DNA of 64,000 bases from Octopus sinensis (taxonomy: Eukaryota): assembly GCF_006345805.1 (NCBI RefSeq), contig NC_043003.1, forward strand, positions 93,620,001-93,684,000. The letters run 5' to 3'. Every line of letters begins with the position of its first letter. Within the stretch, counting starts at the first letter, position 1. The notes beneath the pieces are model-generated. The model was not told the origin of the DNA and searched no databases. It was given only the letters and a program-made list of their open reading frames with translations. Both the position numbers and the translations under genes were made by a program. This document shows, piece by piece, positions 14,551 through 27,436 of the stretch.

Positions 14551-14909
14551 AAATAAGATAATGGAGAAACAATTTAGTTGGTTCACCAGTTTTAGGATAT
14601 TAGAATGTTGACTTATTTATTCATTTAACAAAAATGAGAACCTTAATAGCATACATATATACATTATAATTCAATACATATAAGATAAGAATACAATTAT
14701 AAAAATCACAATATAATTAATGATTTTAATGATTTTAATAATTATATTACGATTTTTATAATTGTATTCTTATCTTATATGTATTGAATTGTTATGTATA
14801 TATATATATGCTATTAAGGTCCTCATTTTTGTTAAATGAATAACTAAGTCAACATTCTAACATCTGAAAGCTAGTGAACCAACTAAATTGTTTCTCCATT
14901 TTCTTATTT
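14551..14909. repeat. Long near-perfect inverted repeat (~170-bp arms)
   Basis: aataagataatggagaaacaatttagttggttcac.. is mirrored by ..gtgaaccaactaaattgtttctccattttcttatt. Confidence 0.9.
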
Positions 14910-15627
14910 ATATTATATACACACATATATATATATATATATGCCTATATATGTACACACACTTGAATATATGGGTACAGGACGTCACCAACAGTAAACA
15001 ACATGAAATACGAAAACAAATGAGTTCAATACACAGACAACGGGAGAAACAAATGGAAAACCGGACAAGTAACACTAAGAACGACTTTTTATCAATTGTT
15101 GGCTGTCTATCTACTCCATACTTCGAGCATTGAACGACATAATGAGCCTTCGAAGACAGTTGCTCCCATACGTACCAAAATAAAATTTGGGATTTATGGA
15201 AGGTTAAAGTTGGGAACAAAAACAGGACAGTGGAGACATACAAGGAAACTGAACGCAACAAACATGGAGGATCGCTAGACCAAAACGAGTGTAAAATAAC
15301 GAACGCTGGAGAAGTATTTTCTTTGACAAGAGAATAGAGATATAACATGAGAGGGATAGGACACATGCAGTCCTTAGGACAGTCCTGAAAGAAAAGAAAA
15401 ATGGTTACGCGGGGAAAAGAAAGATGGACGATGGTTACGTAGGAGAAACGAGAGAGAGGGGAAAGAGACAGATAGAAAACGGTGAAAGGGAGAAAAAGGA
15501 ATTAGAGAAAAGGATGAGAGAGAAAACGACAGGAGAGAAAGCAGTATAGAGTAGAGTCGCATCAAAAAGATTAAGACAAACTTACTTAGAAATGGATGCG
15601 TGGCGTTCAATCAAATTATAATATAAA

Positions 15628-15718
<91 letters not shown>

Positions 15719-16999
15719 CAAATAAGAAAATGGAGAAACAAATTTAGTTTGTTCATCAACTTACGGATATTATTTATTCATTTTACAAATGAGAACATCA
15801 AAAGCATACAAAATATTGTATAAATCAATAGATAAGATAATAATACAAATACAGATTTTAAAACTCATATTATAAATTATTGAAATCCAGCAATTACTTC
15901 TTACAGCTGTTTCAGCCTATGGTCAAAAGTGAATTTAATATATATATACATATATATATGTATGTATGTATGTATATGTAGTATATGTATGTGTGTGTGG
16001 GGGGGGTGTATGTATCTTTGTGTCTGTGTTTGTCTTCCAACACCGCTTGACAACCGGTTGTAGTATTTACCTCCCCGTGAGCTATGTTTCGGCAAAAGAG
16101 AACGATAGACTAAGATACACTAGTCCATCGCAGCATTACCCATTTACAGCCGAGTGAGCCAGACCAACGTGAAATGAAATGTTTTGCTCAAAAACACAAT
16201 GCGCAGCCGATCTAGGAATCGAAACTACGACGTTGCAATTGTGAGTGCAAGACCCTTTACACTAGGATCCGCGACTTCACACACATACACTTCATCGCGC
16301 ACGCACACACACACACACACACACACGTACATACACACAAAATGGTCATGTGTTTGGCGAATAGCAAAAATGAAAATGATGATTTGTATATTTACTTATA
16401 ATTAGATTCAGCGAACTCGAACGTGAATATGCTAAGCGCTTCTGAATTTCGTCATAGGAGAACAACTACTTTCAGACGAATGTGTCTTCATAGCACTTCG
16501 TTTCATTAGCAAAAGGGGACTTCGGAACATCCGCTGTTTCGACATTATTCTGTCTTGTAGGTCAAAAGCAACTTGGATTAATGAATCTACCAAGAGTTTG
16601 TGACTCTTATTTATAACTTCAGAAAAATTATTTGTTTATGCATGCTGATATCTGCCAACCGATATAAATTTCCATGTGTACGTTGAATAGCGAGAACCAA
16701 AACGATGACTTAAGTATTCAATCTTAATACGTTCCGGCAGATTAGAAAGCGAATTTGCTAATGGCTAGTGTATTTCATCATTGGGGAACACCTCCTTTCA
16801 ACTCATTAACGTAAGGGGATTTTTATAGGCTTTTCCGCTAAAGGTTTCTTGACTGTTAGACGTCAGCAGTCACGTTTTGATTTGTTTTGTGGTCAAATTT
16901 TTTAAACGTTAAATATTCGTGTTTGTAGACACGTGTTAATATTTTTTTATATGCTTGTTGTTTGCGTGTTTCTTTTGGCAATGTGATGGGAATCCCTAC

Positions 17000-17560
17000 T
17001 CAGAAAAACATTTAGTTCATCGGCCATAAAAAGGCAATGGAAAAAGAAATGCACAAGATAAAACAAACATTAATTAAGAACGGATATTCCAAAAGATTAG
17101 TAGACAGAATTATAGAAGAATACAAACATAAATACAATATAACAAAAACGTCAGAAGGTACACCCAACACAATTTATATGAATCAAATGCGTACTAATAA
17201 TCAAAAGCCTCATATAATGGAACAAAAAATGCATCGCACTCAACCATAAACTAAAAACAATAATGGACCATCCAAACACCAGAATCTAAAATCTCTTTAT
17301 CAACAGCACACCACAAACATATACATCTGATAAGCTACTAATGGCCAATGTTGTCTACAAATTTGATTGTGAAACTGAAAACTGTAAACTTCTGGACTCC
17401 AACTGTTACAGTGGACTTATTAGAACAATATCACAGAACTCTCGTAGGCTTGGCAAGCATATACAACGAAGAGAAATCGAAACACAGCATATCTCATACG
17501 ACAAAACAAAGTTAGGAAAATACTAGAGAAAAATTCATACACACACTGTCAAATTCCTCG
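17000..17560 (+). mobile_element. Penelope-like fragment (thumb and degenerate GIY-YIG)
   Basis: EMHKIKQTLIKNGYSKRLVDRII followed by ANVVYKFDC...CYSG. Confidence 0.65.
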
Positions 17561-17819
17561 CACTGATGCGGTATCCTTGCACCTTATTTAATATGTGCAG
17601 TTAATTCCCATTTAAACTAGTGTACATTTAGCTTTCATCCTTTTTGGAGTTAATGAAATAAGTACAAGTTGAACACTAGGGTCGATGTAATCGACTTACC
17701 CCTCCACCAATATGGCTGGCCTTGTGTTAAAATTTGATACCGTAATAACCAAATGCACATATAGGCAAGAACTGAGCCAGTTGCAAATATATAATATATA
17801 TATATACATACATACAAAG

Positions 17820-17858
<39 letters not shown>

Positions 17859-17878
17859 AATATATATATATATATATA

Positions 17879-17918
<40 letters not shown>

Positions 17919-17951
17919 CAAACACACACCACACACACACACACACACACA

Positions 17952-18011
<60 letters not shown>

Positions 18012-18183
18012 ATGAGGGTGTCTAAGAGACACCAACATGCCGAAATAGCAGTCGAAATTCTGACTATAAAAACCACGTTAAGTGTTCATATCGTACCATG
18101 AGATGGCCACTTGATAATATTGATACTTAAATATCGATATTATCCTCATATATAAATTTATATATATATATATAATATATATA

Positions 18184-18216
<33 letters not shown>

Positions 18217-18664
18217 ATGTACTGTTCCGTGATAGAAAATTCAACGAAAAAAAGTACTCCATCTGGTGAGACAAACACACACATCGGCGCCGCTCTGCTC
18301 TGCTACACACTATGAAACAGAAATTCATAGCGAAAGACTTCCATCACCGGGGAAGGTAATAATAAACTTTCTGATTTTGGCACATGACAGAATTTTGGTG
18401 GAGATAGAGGTCTAGTCGATTACATTGACCCCAGTGCTCAAGTGGTACTTATTTTATCGACCCGAAAGGATGAAAGGCAAAGTCGACTGCGGCAGAATTA
18501 GAAATCAGAACATAAAGAGAAGGAAAAAATGTTAAATATTTTGTCCGGCATGTTAGCAATTCTGTTTGCGCACCACCTTTACAAAGATAATAACTCTTTT
18601 TGTTATAGCGGCGAGCTGGAAGAATCGTTAGCACGCCGGGCGAAATGCTTATCAGTATTTCATG

Positions 18665-19511
18665 TCTTCATCGAGCAAAGAATATAAGTAGCGATCGTGA
18701 TACACACCATGAAGAAATGATCAAGCTCAATAACAATCTATTAAGCAACAACTACCCCAAAAGCATACTATCCACTCCAATTATTAAGAAAAGATAGGAT
18801 GAAACCAATAAACTGTCCAAAATCTGTCTACCCTATGTGAAAGGACTCTCCGAAAAGATACAAAAGATATGCAAGCCATATCAGGACAGTATTCAAGAGT
18901 AATACAACACTTCGCAAATATCTCCTTCGAGTAAATCGACCACTAGAAGAGAATTTGACCAAAGACTGCGGGTACTCCATCCAATGCAGCTGTGGTAGGT
19001 TATACAAAGGCGAAACATGCCGTCCCCTCAAAATAAAGGTAGACGAACATAGCAAAGCTGTGACACGAGGAGATATTGATAAATCGGGTATAGCTGATCA
19101 TATATTGAAAAATGGAGACCACTTCCCCCTGTGGGATGAAGTTAAAATAATAGACAGGGTACACCACTGGAAAATACGAAAACTAAAAGAAGCAGTACAT
19201 ATGCTAGGACACAACAACCTCCTAAGCAGACCAAGTGCAGATATAAGTAGAATATGGGAACCGGTAATAAGGAAGGATAAGAAAATATTAGATTTATAAG
19301 CCTTAAAATTCACTCCATAAGAGCCCGAGTTCGATTCCAGGCAGTGACCTGAATAATAATAATAAGAAGAATAACATTGAAAAATACCTTAGGAATGAAA
19401 ACCCGGCTTCGAAATTTCTCCAAGACACCTGATGAAAGCTTGGAGGGTATATCAGCCGAAACGTTATGTTAACAAAAAACAAGATGACAAATATCCGTCA
19501 ATTGTAAATAA
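18665..19511 (+). mobile_element. 5'-truncated Penelope/Poseidon-like element: thumb, GIY-YIG endonuclease and 3' pLTR with HHR
   Basis: NNYPKSIL..ICLPYVKGLSEKI..; ORF 18955-19299 GYSIQCSCGRLYKGET..DEH..SGIADH..WDEVKIID..RKLKEA is a typical PLE GIY-YIG; HHR at 19424-19470. Confidence 0.9.
19424..19470 (+). ncRNA. Hammerhead ribozyme (same family as 54688-54733) in a PLE 3' end
   Basis: gacac CTGATGA a agcttggagggtatatcagcc GAAAC GTT atgtt; stems I and II slightly mutated. Confidence 0.7.
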
Positions 19512-19643
19512 GAGTTTATCAGGAAACAAATATAAATAATCAGAAAATGGAGAAAACCTCAGATCAACAAACACATCGATTGGACCACATATATAGCTTA
19601 TTTTTTAATACAAATCATGACATAACATGTATGTGATGTAATA

Positions 19644-19758
19644 AATCTTACGGCTGTTTCTGCATCCGTTGCCAAACACTGTCTATAAATAACTTCGAAA
19701 ATAAAATTCTTCATTTTCATAGGACATTCTAATTAAGACACGGAGCTTCATCAGAGTT
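19644..19758 (-). ncRNA. Hammerhead ribozyme-like motif with long stem II at a PLE 3' end
   Basis: Minus strand: aacu CUGAUGA a gc uccgu..acgga u gc a GAAAC agcc GUA agauu; stem I imperfect. Confidence 0.55.
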
Positions 19759-20684
19759 AAAAACAAGAACATCCGAAATAAACAAAAGGAAGAAGGAATA
19801 GGAAAGAAAACATGGCCTAGAGAAGAAGGAATAGGAAAGAAAACATGGCCTAGAGAAGAAGTCTAGAAGCCCAATATATTAGAAGCATATAATCTACCAT
19901 CTTGGGGTTACGAGGTCCGTAGGTAAAAGAGTGAACTAGTAATGTTCTAGGGAATAATAAAAGTTATTTTACGGGTAGTTTCAATTTAAGGGGGAGCCAA
20001 GATGTTTTAAAATTTATGAAAAGAAGTTATCAAAAAAGTAATACAATTAAACTTACTAACATGATTATCAAGGGGCAATACCTATGCTAACGAGTAAATT
20101 CAAGTTAAAATGTATCCAAAATATTACCGTAGGGTGCTTAAGAAAGTGTACTCCCAGAAATATTACCGAGAACCCCATCTATAGCCTTCAATGAGGCAAG
20201 TCTAAGTCCAGCGGTCTCTACAATTATTCGAATTATATTTGAACTGAGGTCACAAGCTAAAACCATTACAATGGGTATGTCGATAAAAATAAATAAGAAA
20301 AAATAAAGGGTCCGGGAGAGAAGACAATGATATAAGTGGTGCGTGGCCGCTTATGCCCTTCTGTAGCTTAACGATATAACATACATGAGAGAACGGTCAA
20401 AAAAGGGAAAATAGCCTCGGATCATAGTTATGGGGAGGCAACCGGTACAGTTATTACAGCGACTCTCTATAAAGGCTGCTAGAAAATGAATCTGGTCTTA
20501 ACCTCATATATACAAATTGTGGTAATAATTAAATGGATACGGGTACCCAAGAAAATTCCATCTTATAGGTACACTACAATGCACAGTTATAAAGCCACTT
20601 ACAGTTAGATCAAATCGCTTGTTAATTCTTATCATGAATAAAATTCACAAGTTTCCACAGTATACTAAATATGCTTAATCGGCA

Positions 20685-21090
20685 TTACATAACCATTAAA
20701 GTTAGATAGTTCCTATCATTACATAAACAATTTAAAAGAAAATATTGATACTATATGGGTGCAATTAATACTGGGTCCACTAGCAAATTAGTACTATGAG
20801 TAAAGTTTCCCTATTCAAACAATTTACTGAATATATGTAAAATGCATTACATTACCCTAAGATTAGAATGTTAATATCATTAAATCTAATAATTAAAAAT
20901 TATAAACTAAAGGTATATTGACTCAAAGTGGGTGCAGAAAATCCTATTTCAATCAACAGGCTGTACTTGTATTACATAACCTTAAAATTAGATTGTTCCT
21001 ATCAATAAATCTAATAATTTAAAAATTATAACCTAATAATATATAGACGCTAAGTGAGTGCAGACATACTATTTCAATCAACAGACTACA
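20685..21090. repeat. Degenerate tandem repeat (~126-160-bp unit, three copies) in the PLE 3' region
   Basis: attacat(a/t)acc..ttaga..tatca..gtgca recurs at about 20685, 20846 and 20972. Confidence 0.6.
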
Positions 21091-23175
21091 CTTACAGTTC
21101 TACTTAGTAAATCAAATTTTTACAAATATCTCCTGGTAAGCCCAGTTAACAGTACCAAATGCGAGCAGACCCACACAATGTATGGTGGGAGAAGGTGAGC
21201 ATAGAATACAATAAAATAAAAATATAAAATAAAATAGTATGAATAAATCAAACATGGGGGTAATATTTTTCCTATATATGTAGGGCTATTAATGTCCATT
21301 TAAAGTGGGAGAAGAACAGTAAATGGAGGAAAGAACAATGAGTTAGTAGAGAATTAAGTCCGAATTCCAGCAAGAGCCAACAAATACATCCATGGTATAA
21401 AAGGTGATAGAGGGAGATAGATAAAGCTAAAATTTAAATTTAAATAACATTTAGGATTTGAAGTAGTTGTTAGGAGTAATAAACTATATGGTAGAAAAAT
21501 TAAGTTGTCTGTGTTCTCGAATAAGTTATGATAGAAATAACTGGCATTAATACAAGGGATTAGATGATAATAATTAGGTGGAAAGGCAAAGTGGTATAAG
21601 ATGTAGGTAGTTGAAATGGGTGGGTGGGGTGGGGTAAAATCTAAACTTAGGAATAGGGTAAGAGGAGGGGTTGTTTATATGAATACCCGCAAGAGCCTCG
21701 GTAATTACTAACAAGACAAACTATAATTAAGGAGTAAAGTGTATATCCTACATTTTACTACCAGAGGCTATCATTTGTATGCTGTGGGGTTATTGATGAT
21801 ATTATGGCGTAGTATAAGTGTTTCTTATGTTATTTATATTAATCGAAAGTAGACCTCCCTTTGTGCAGGCAAGTTACACTCCGCTCATCTCTCAGGTTCA
21901 TTAGTGGGTTACGTACTGTTAGAATGAAAAAAAAAAATTCATTAATGCAAAGGTAACATTTCCTTTTTTAATTATTATTATACGAAGGTGCAGTAGCGAG
22001 GATCTCCCATTTTAATGTGAAGCTAATATCACTATATTTGAGCTCCCAAATATACCTACTTAATCCTGTCGAGTTAATTCTGTTCTATTTCTAAAAGAAT
22101 GTTGATGTGTGGCTAGACTATGTTTTATTTCATTTTGAGTTGCTCCAATGTAACTCATTTTGCTTGACTGTGTTGTGACTGTACATTGGTAAATTACGTC
22201 CTCAATTCTATAGGTGTTACCGAAGGCACAACTTTTCCTGTTCCTACAGTCACATAGATTATGCTGTGTGTGGGGGGGGGGGTGAGAGTTGCTTCCTAAT
22301 GGAGTAGGATAAGGTCTATTGAGATTAAAGTGGTTATTTTGGTTCTGAGTGTATTCTGTACTAAGGTTGTGGGTGATGTTTATTGCTTTTGCTTCTACTA
22401 ATACCGCCGTCGTTTCTATTTAAGTAGAAAATATCTAATTTCTTTTATTATTCAGAGAGGATATTATGCTCCCTAAATTATGTGTAAGGCTATAAACTAT
22501 CCTTATTGTCCTACTATTTATAAGTTTAATAATAAAAAAAGGGAAATGTTATAAGTTTAGAATACCTATTATTCTTATCAAAATGTCTATTTACAACGTT
22601 CAATAATTGCTTAACTAAATCCGTCCTTATTTGCATAGCAAAAGGGATTATGCACCAGATTTTATTTCCCGATTTACCAGTAGTTTCTTTGTGGATAGTG
22701 TGCTTATTAATATTATTTTTCCTGCGTCCATTGACCCTCGTAGTTCTACCCAACATGTTACTGTTATTTTTGTAGTTACTCATACTGTCACTAAATCTAA
22801 TCCTATTAGTATCATTTGCTGCGCTTCCTGTGCGTTTTTACAACGCTTAGGTGCATGGTCATGCGCAATAATGTTGCGGTTAACTTATTCGTTATTACTA
22901 CTATCCATTTCAAGTTCGTATGGATATATTTAATTCTATCTCTAAAGCCCGCATCTATAAGTGCCTTATCATATATATATATATATATATATTTATAAAA
23001 ATAGGGTAAAGTAAAATAATTTACTTTACCACACACCGAGCTTTTTATAAATAGCAGCCAAAAATTTGGCTATTTTTTCAACTGCAAGAAAAAGTCTCCC
23101 AGACAATGCATACTCAGAAATAACTCACATAGGTATAAGGGAAAAACAACGAAAGATCACATCCATATAAGATAC

Positions 23176-23236
23176 CCGAGGACAGCCTGTTTCTGGATTA
23201 GTGGATTAGACGCCAACATTTCCTTCATCAGCTCAG
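23176..23236 (-). ncRNA. Minimal hammerhead ribozyme (GUC)
   Basis: Minus strand: cugag CUGAUGA a gga..ucc a GAAAC aggcu GUC cucgg. Stem I cugag/cucgg; stem III acag-g-cugu. Confidence 0.7.
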
Positions 23237-23478
23237 AGATTTCTTCTGATTTAGATTTGAAAGTACTAAGAATCAAACATACCCGTCCGATATATGTAAC
23301 ACCGGACAAACCATGCCAGACCACCAGTACTAGCGAATCCAAAAATACAAATGAGATCTATTATTCTCCCTGTCCACCCACGTGAGTCACATAGTAGTGC
23401 ATTCCTACAGAGGCAAAACTGTCATGCATGCACACTGACATTACCCATCCAGTGGAGCATGGTGGCATATATATATAT

Positions 23479-23833
23479 AGGCGCAGGAGTGGCTGTGTGG
23501 TAAGTAGCTTGTTTACCAACCACATGGTTCCAGGTTCAGTCCCACTGCGTGGCACCTTGAGCATGTGTCTTCTACTATAGCCTCGGGCCGACCAAAGCCT
23601 TGTGAGTGGATTTGGTAGACGGAAACTGAAAGAAGCCCGTCGTATATATGTATATATATATATATATGCGTGTGTGCGTTTGTGTGTCTGTGTTTGTCCC
23701 CCTAGCATTGCTTGACAACTGATGCTGGTGTGTTTACGTCCCCGTCACTTAGCGGTTCGGCAAAAGAGACTGATAGAATAAGTACTGGGCTTACAAATGG
23801 CCGCAGTCAAATGACTGAAACAAGTAAAAGAGT
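23479..23833 (+). mobile_element. tRNA-derived SINE family A (head, CORE-like box, internal microsatellite, tail)
   Basis: gtggctgtgtggtaag..ggttcagtccc head; ccttg(a/g)gcaxgtgtctt box; tail gactgaaacaagtaaaag. Other copies near 2578-2957+, 10975-11145+, 24426-24850+, 30600-30762-, 35166-35579-, 43045-43415+, 46538-46915-, 47285-48026-, 50946-51322+, 61728-62103+. Confidence 0.85.
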
Positions 23834-24391
23834 ATATATATATATATATATATATATATAAGTGAGGGGCATTCGGCTCACGATCGTTCAATTCCTAGCG
23901 ATGAGTTGTGTCCTTGTGCAAGACACTTCATTTCACGCTGCTCCACTCCAATCAGCTGGCAAAAATGAGTAGTACCTGTATTTCAAAGGGCAAGCCTTGT
24001 TACACACTGTGTCTCGCTAAATCTCCATGAGAACTACGTTGAGGGTACACGTGTCTGTGGAGTGCTCAGCCACTTGCACGTTATTTCACGAGCAAGCAGT
24101 TCCGTTGATCGTATCAGCTGGGACCCTCGTCGTCGTAACCGTATATTGTTTTATTCTTTCTTTTATTTCAGTCATTTGACTGCGACCATGCTGGAGCATC
24201 GCCTTTAGTCGAGCAAATCGACCCAAAGACTTACTCTTTGTAAGCCTAGTACTTATTCTATCGGTGTCTTATGCCGAACCGCTAAGTTACACGGACGTAA
24301 AAGCACCAGCATCGGGTTGTCAAGCGGTGTTGGGGGACAAACACAGACACACAAACATATACATACATACACACAAACACACGCGCGCGCT

Positions 24392-24425
<34 letters not shown>

Positions 24426-24625
24426 GGTGCGAGCGTGGCTGAGTGGTAAGTAGCTTGCTTACCAACCGCATGGTTCCGAGTTCAGTCCCACAGCGTGGCA
24501 CCTTGGGTAAGTGTCTTGTACTATAGCCTCGGGCCGACCAAAGCCTTGTGAGTGTATTTGGGAGACAGAAACTGTGTGTGTGTGTGTGTGAGTGTGTGTG
24601 TGTGTATGTGTGTGTGTGTGTGTGT

Positions 24626-24662
<37 letters not shown>

Positions 24663-25017
24663 TTGTTCCCCCACCATTGCTTGACAACCGATGTTGGTGT
24701 ATTTGCAACCTCGTAATTTAGTGGTTCGGCAGAAGACAGCGATAGGATAAGTACTAGGCTTACAGAGAATAAGTCCTGGGGGCTATCTGTTCGACTAAAA
24801 GCGATGCTCCAGCATGTCTGCAGTGAAATGGCTGAAACAAATAAAAGAATATATATATAACACAAGATTATATTATACATAATATATGATATATTAAATC
24901 GTATTATATAATATGTGTTTATATGTGTGTGTATACATATATATTTGCGCGCGTGTCTGTGTCGCTTCGGCTTGCGAATAACCAGTTGCTAGAATTCAGT
25001 ATGTTTATGCTTTAGAA

Positions 25018-25218
25018 CAGTGGTTTTCAACCAGGGTTCCGCCAGTACAGTCCAGGGGTTCCGCAAGAAGTTACAAAACTGCTAAATTCGGCAGTAATTT
25101 TTATTTCTCCTGTGCAGATATGTGTGCATAAGATTATTAAATTAATGCACAGGGGTTCCTCGAGCCAGTGGAATGTTTCCTTGGGGTTCCGCTCCAGCAA
25201 AAAGGTTGAAAAGCACTG
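25018..25218. mobile_element. hAT (Charlie-like) MITE
   Basis: TIRs CAGTGGTTTTCAACC / GGTTGAAAAGCACTG with perfect 8-bp TSD ctttagaa at 25010-25017 and 25219-25226. Confidence 0.9.
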
Positions 25219-25259
25219 CTTTAGAATAAGTATCAAGTACAGGCCGTAATATCAGTTAA

Positions 25260-25388
25260 TGAAGAAGAAGAAGAAGAAGAAGAAGAAGAAGAAGAAGAAG
25301 AAGAAGAAGAAGAAGAAGAAGAAGAAGAAGAAGAAGAAGAAGAAGAAGAAGAAGAAGAAGAAGAAGAAGAAGAAGAAGAAGAAGAAGA
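25260..25388. repeat. Pure (GAA)n tract, about 43 units
   Basis: Direct reading. Confidence 0.98.
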
Positions 25389-26311
25389 GTTACATTATCA
25401 CTTTCATTGGCTTATAGCTGTTTCTGTAATAAAAGAAACAAAAAAAACTTTGTACTCGGAGCTAAGTGTTCTTGCAAAACAGACTAGAACAGTTCGTGTG
25501 GATTTTCTAATTGTAAGAAAAGGAAAAGTCACTTCAAAATAGTTGGCAAGTCCAGTGTGAAATATTTTTGAACAATACTTAAGTAATTGTTGTTCTCCGA
25601 TTCAGAAAATGCATGTTATAAAGGTGATATCTCACAGGATATTTACAGCACTTCAAGAAAAATCCGAGTTCCATCAAAGAATTTAAAGTAAATTCCACCG
25701 ATAAAATTGCTGATAAAATTATATTCTTTGAGAGAAAAATGCATTTGATAATGTAATCCAAGTTCCATTCAATTTTTTTCTGGAGCTGAACAACGACTGT
25801 ACTACAATACTAAGGGAAATAACTCTTCCTAACCTAATAAAGTTATATAACTTTATTAGGTCAGGAAGAGTTTATCGATCTTGTACAAAAAAAATGTATT
25901 TATGTAACAATTTTAATCGACCACAAAGAATTCATAACGACGAAATATAGTTGTGTGTGGCATAAATAATATGGCAGGTACTTGGATTCAGATGTTACTT
26001 CCTTAGAGAATGCTAATCTAGAAAATCTTTATATATCGATTGCAAACCTGGAAAATACAAAGCGCAGACAGGAAATTTTCGGACAGTTTTCGAATTACAA
26101 GAGAAGTTTTACAATATTCAAACGAAAAAAAAATTGTATTCTTCTTCAATCCATTGATAACATCGTCAACCTCTCAAGTCATTAACGATGTGGTCAGATA
26201 TCGCCCAAAATATTTACGTTCAGAATGACATGAGGGCAAATAGAATAAAAAGGCATCTCTTATCAAAAGTAAGATAAACATCGTCACCTGGGTGGATTTC
26301 TGGTTTGCAAT

Positions 26312-27430
26312 ATACAAGGGTTGTATTGAAAGTTATGCAAAAATGAAGATAACTTTGAACCTTTTTAAACATAATTCGTTTAAATTGCACATATTAATAG
26401 AGTAACTCTTCCTCTTACTGTAACTCTTCTTCCTGTACTTCATTGCAGGCAAATATTGGTTTCTAGTTTGAAGCTACGTGCTGTCATTGAGTTCTTGACG
26501 GAAGAAAGGTGCAGGCCGTCCAATATCTACTGAAGGTTGTTTACGAATATTACACTACTGACAAGAACAATGGGCACAGATAAAGTTTAAAGAATGGGAA
26601 ACCAGCATTGAAGATAAACTACATAGTATGAGACCATCAACTACGGTCACTGACACGAATCACCAGCGAGTGGACGAATCGATACGCAGGAACAGTCGAG
26701 TTACCAACACTAAGCTCACTGCACAACCAGATTGTTGTCACAAGCATTACAAAAGACGATGAAAAACTTTGGGTTTCCGAAAATGTGCAAAATGGGCGTC
26801 TTAGCAGTTGACACCCAATTAGAATAGAAAAGGTTGAACATCTACTCTGATCTGCTGGAAGGCTTTGAAACCAATGGATACTAATGTTTTTCCTATCTAG
26901 TGACAGAATTTGAAATCTTTGACCTGCAAATGTAAACTCCATGGAATGCCGTCAAACCACTTCTCCAAAGCCTAAGTAGTTCAAGAACCGGCCATCGGTA
27001 CAGAAAGTCATGGCGACAGATTTTTAGAGAGCAAAAATATCATTCTCGTTGATGTTCTGAAAGGTGGCTGTACTTTGAACAGCGAGTTGTACATTTAAGC
27101 ATCCAAAAAGCTAAGAGAAGACAGAACAAATAAACCGAGCAAGAATCTGAAAGCAATTTACGTGTACACTGCTAATGCGCGACTACACACAACTTCGGCA
27201 ACAAATAAGGTAATTCGTACAGCTTGCATCTTGTGCCTTCCAATTTCCACCTCTCGATTCAATGAATGACACTCTTCGAGGACGACAATTTAGTGACGCG
27301 GACGAAATGAAAGTGATTGCAAAAGAGTGTGTACAAAAGCACCTACCTGAATTTTACCCGAGGATTCGATGGCTGGATTCAGCAATGCTACAAATGCATC
27401 ACTTGTGATGGAGATTATGTTGAAGAATAT
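26312..27430 (+). pseudogene. Decayed mariner transposase
   Basis: RAVIEFLTEE, KFKEWETSIEDK..RP, GFRK.CAKW..QLT (WVPxxL-equivalent), SMEC..TSPKPK.FK..KVMAT, NARLHT, LVPSNFHL (YSPDLAPSDF-equivalent), KCITCDGDYVEE; many stops. Possible left TIR near 26312 (TA-CAAGGGTTGT); right TIR lost. Confidence 0.88.
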
Positions 27431-27436
27431 AGAATA

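Larger units (their letters stand above)
19520..22975 (-). mobile_element. 3' half of a second-clade Penelope-like element (thumb, linker, GIY-YIG, ~2-kb 3' region, HHR)
   Basis: YDKALIDAGF; KIWCIIPFAMQIRTDLVKQLLNVVNRHFDKNN; VIYQCTVTT..SYIGATQNE..HQHSFRN..STGLSRYIWELK..KWEIL..CYLCINE (about 22200-21930); HHR at 19644-19758. Confidence 0.85.
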
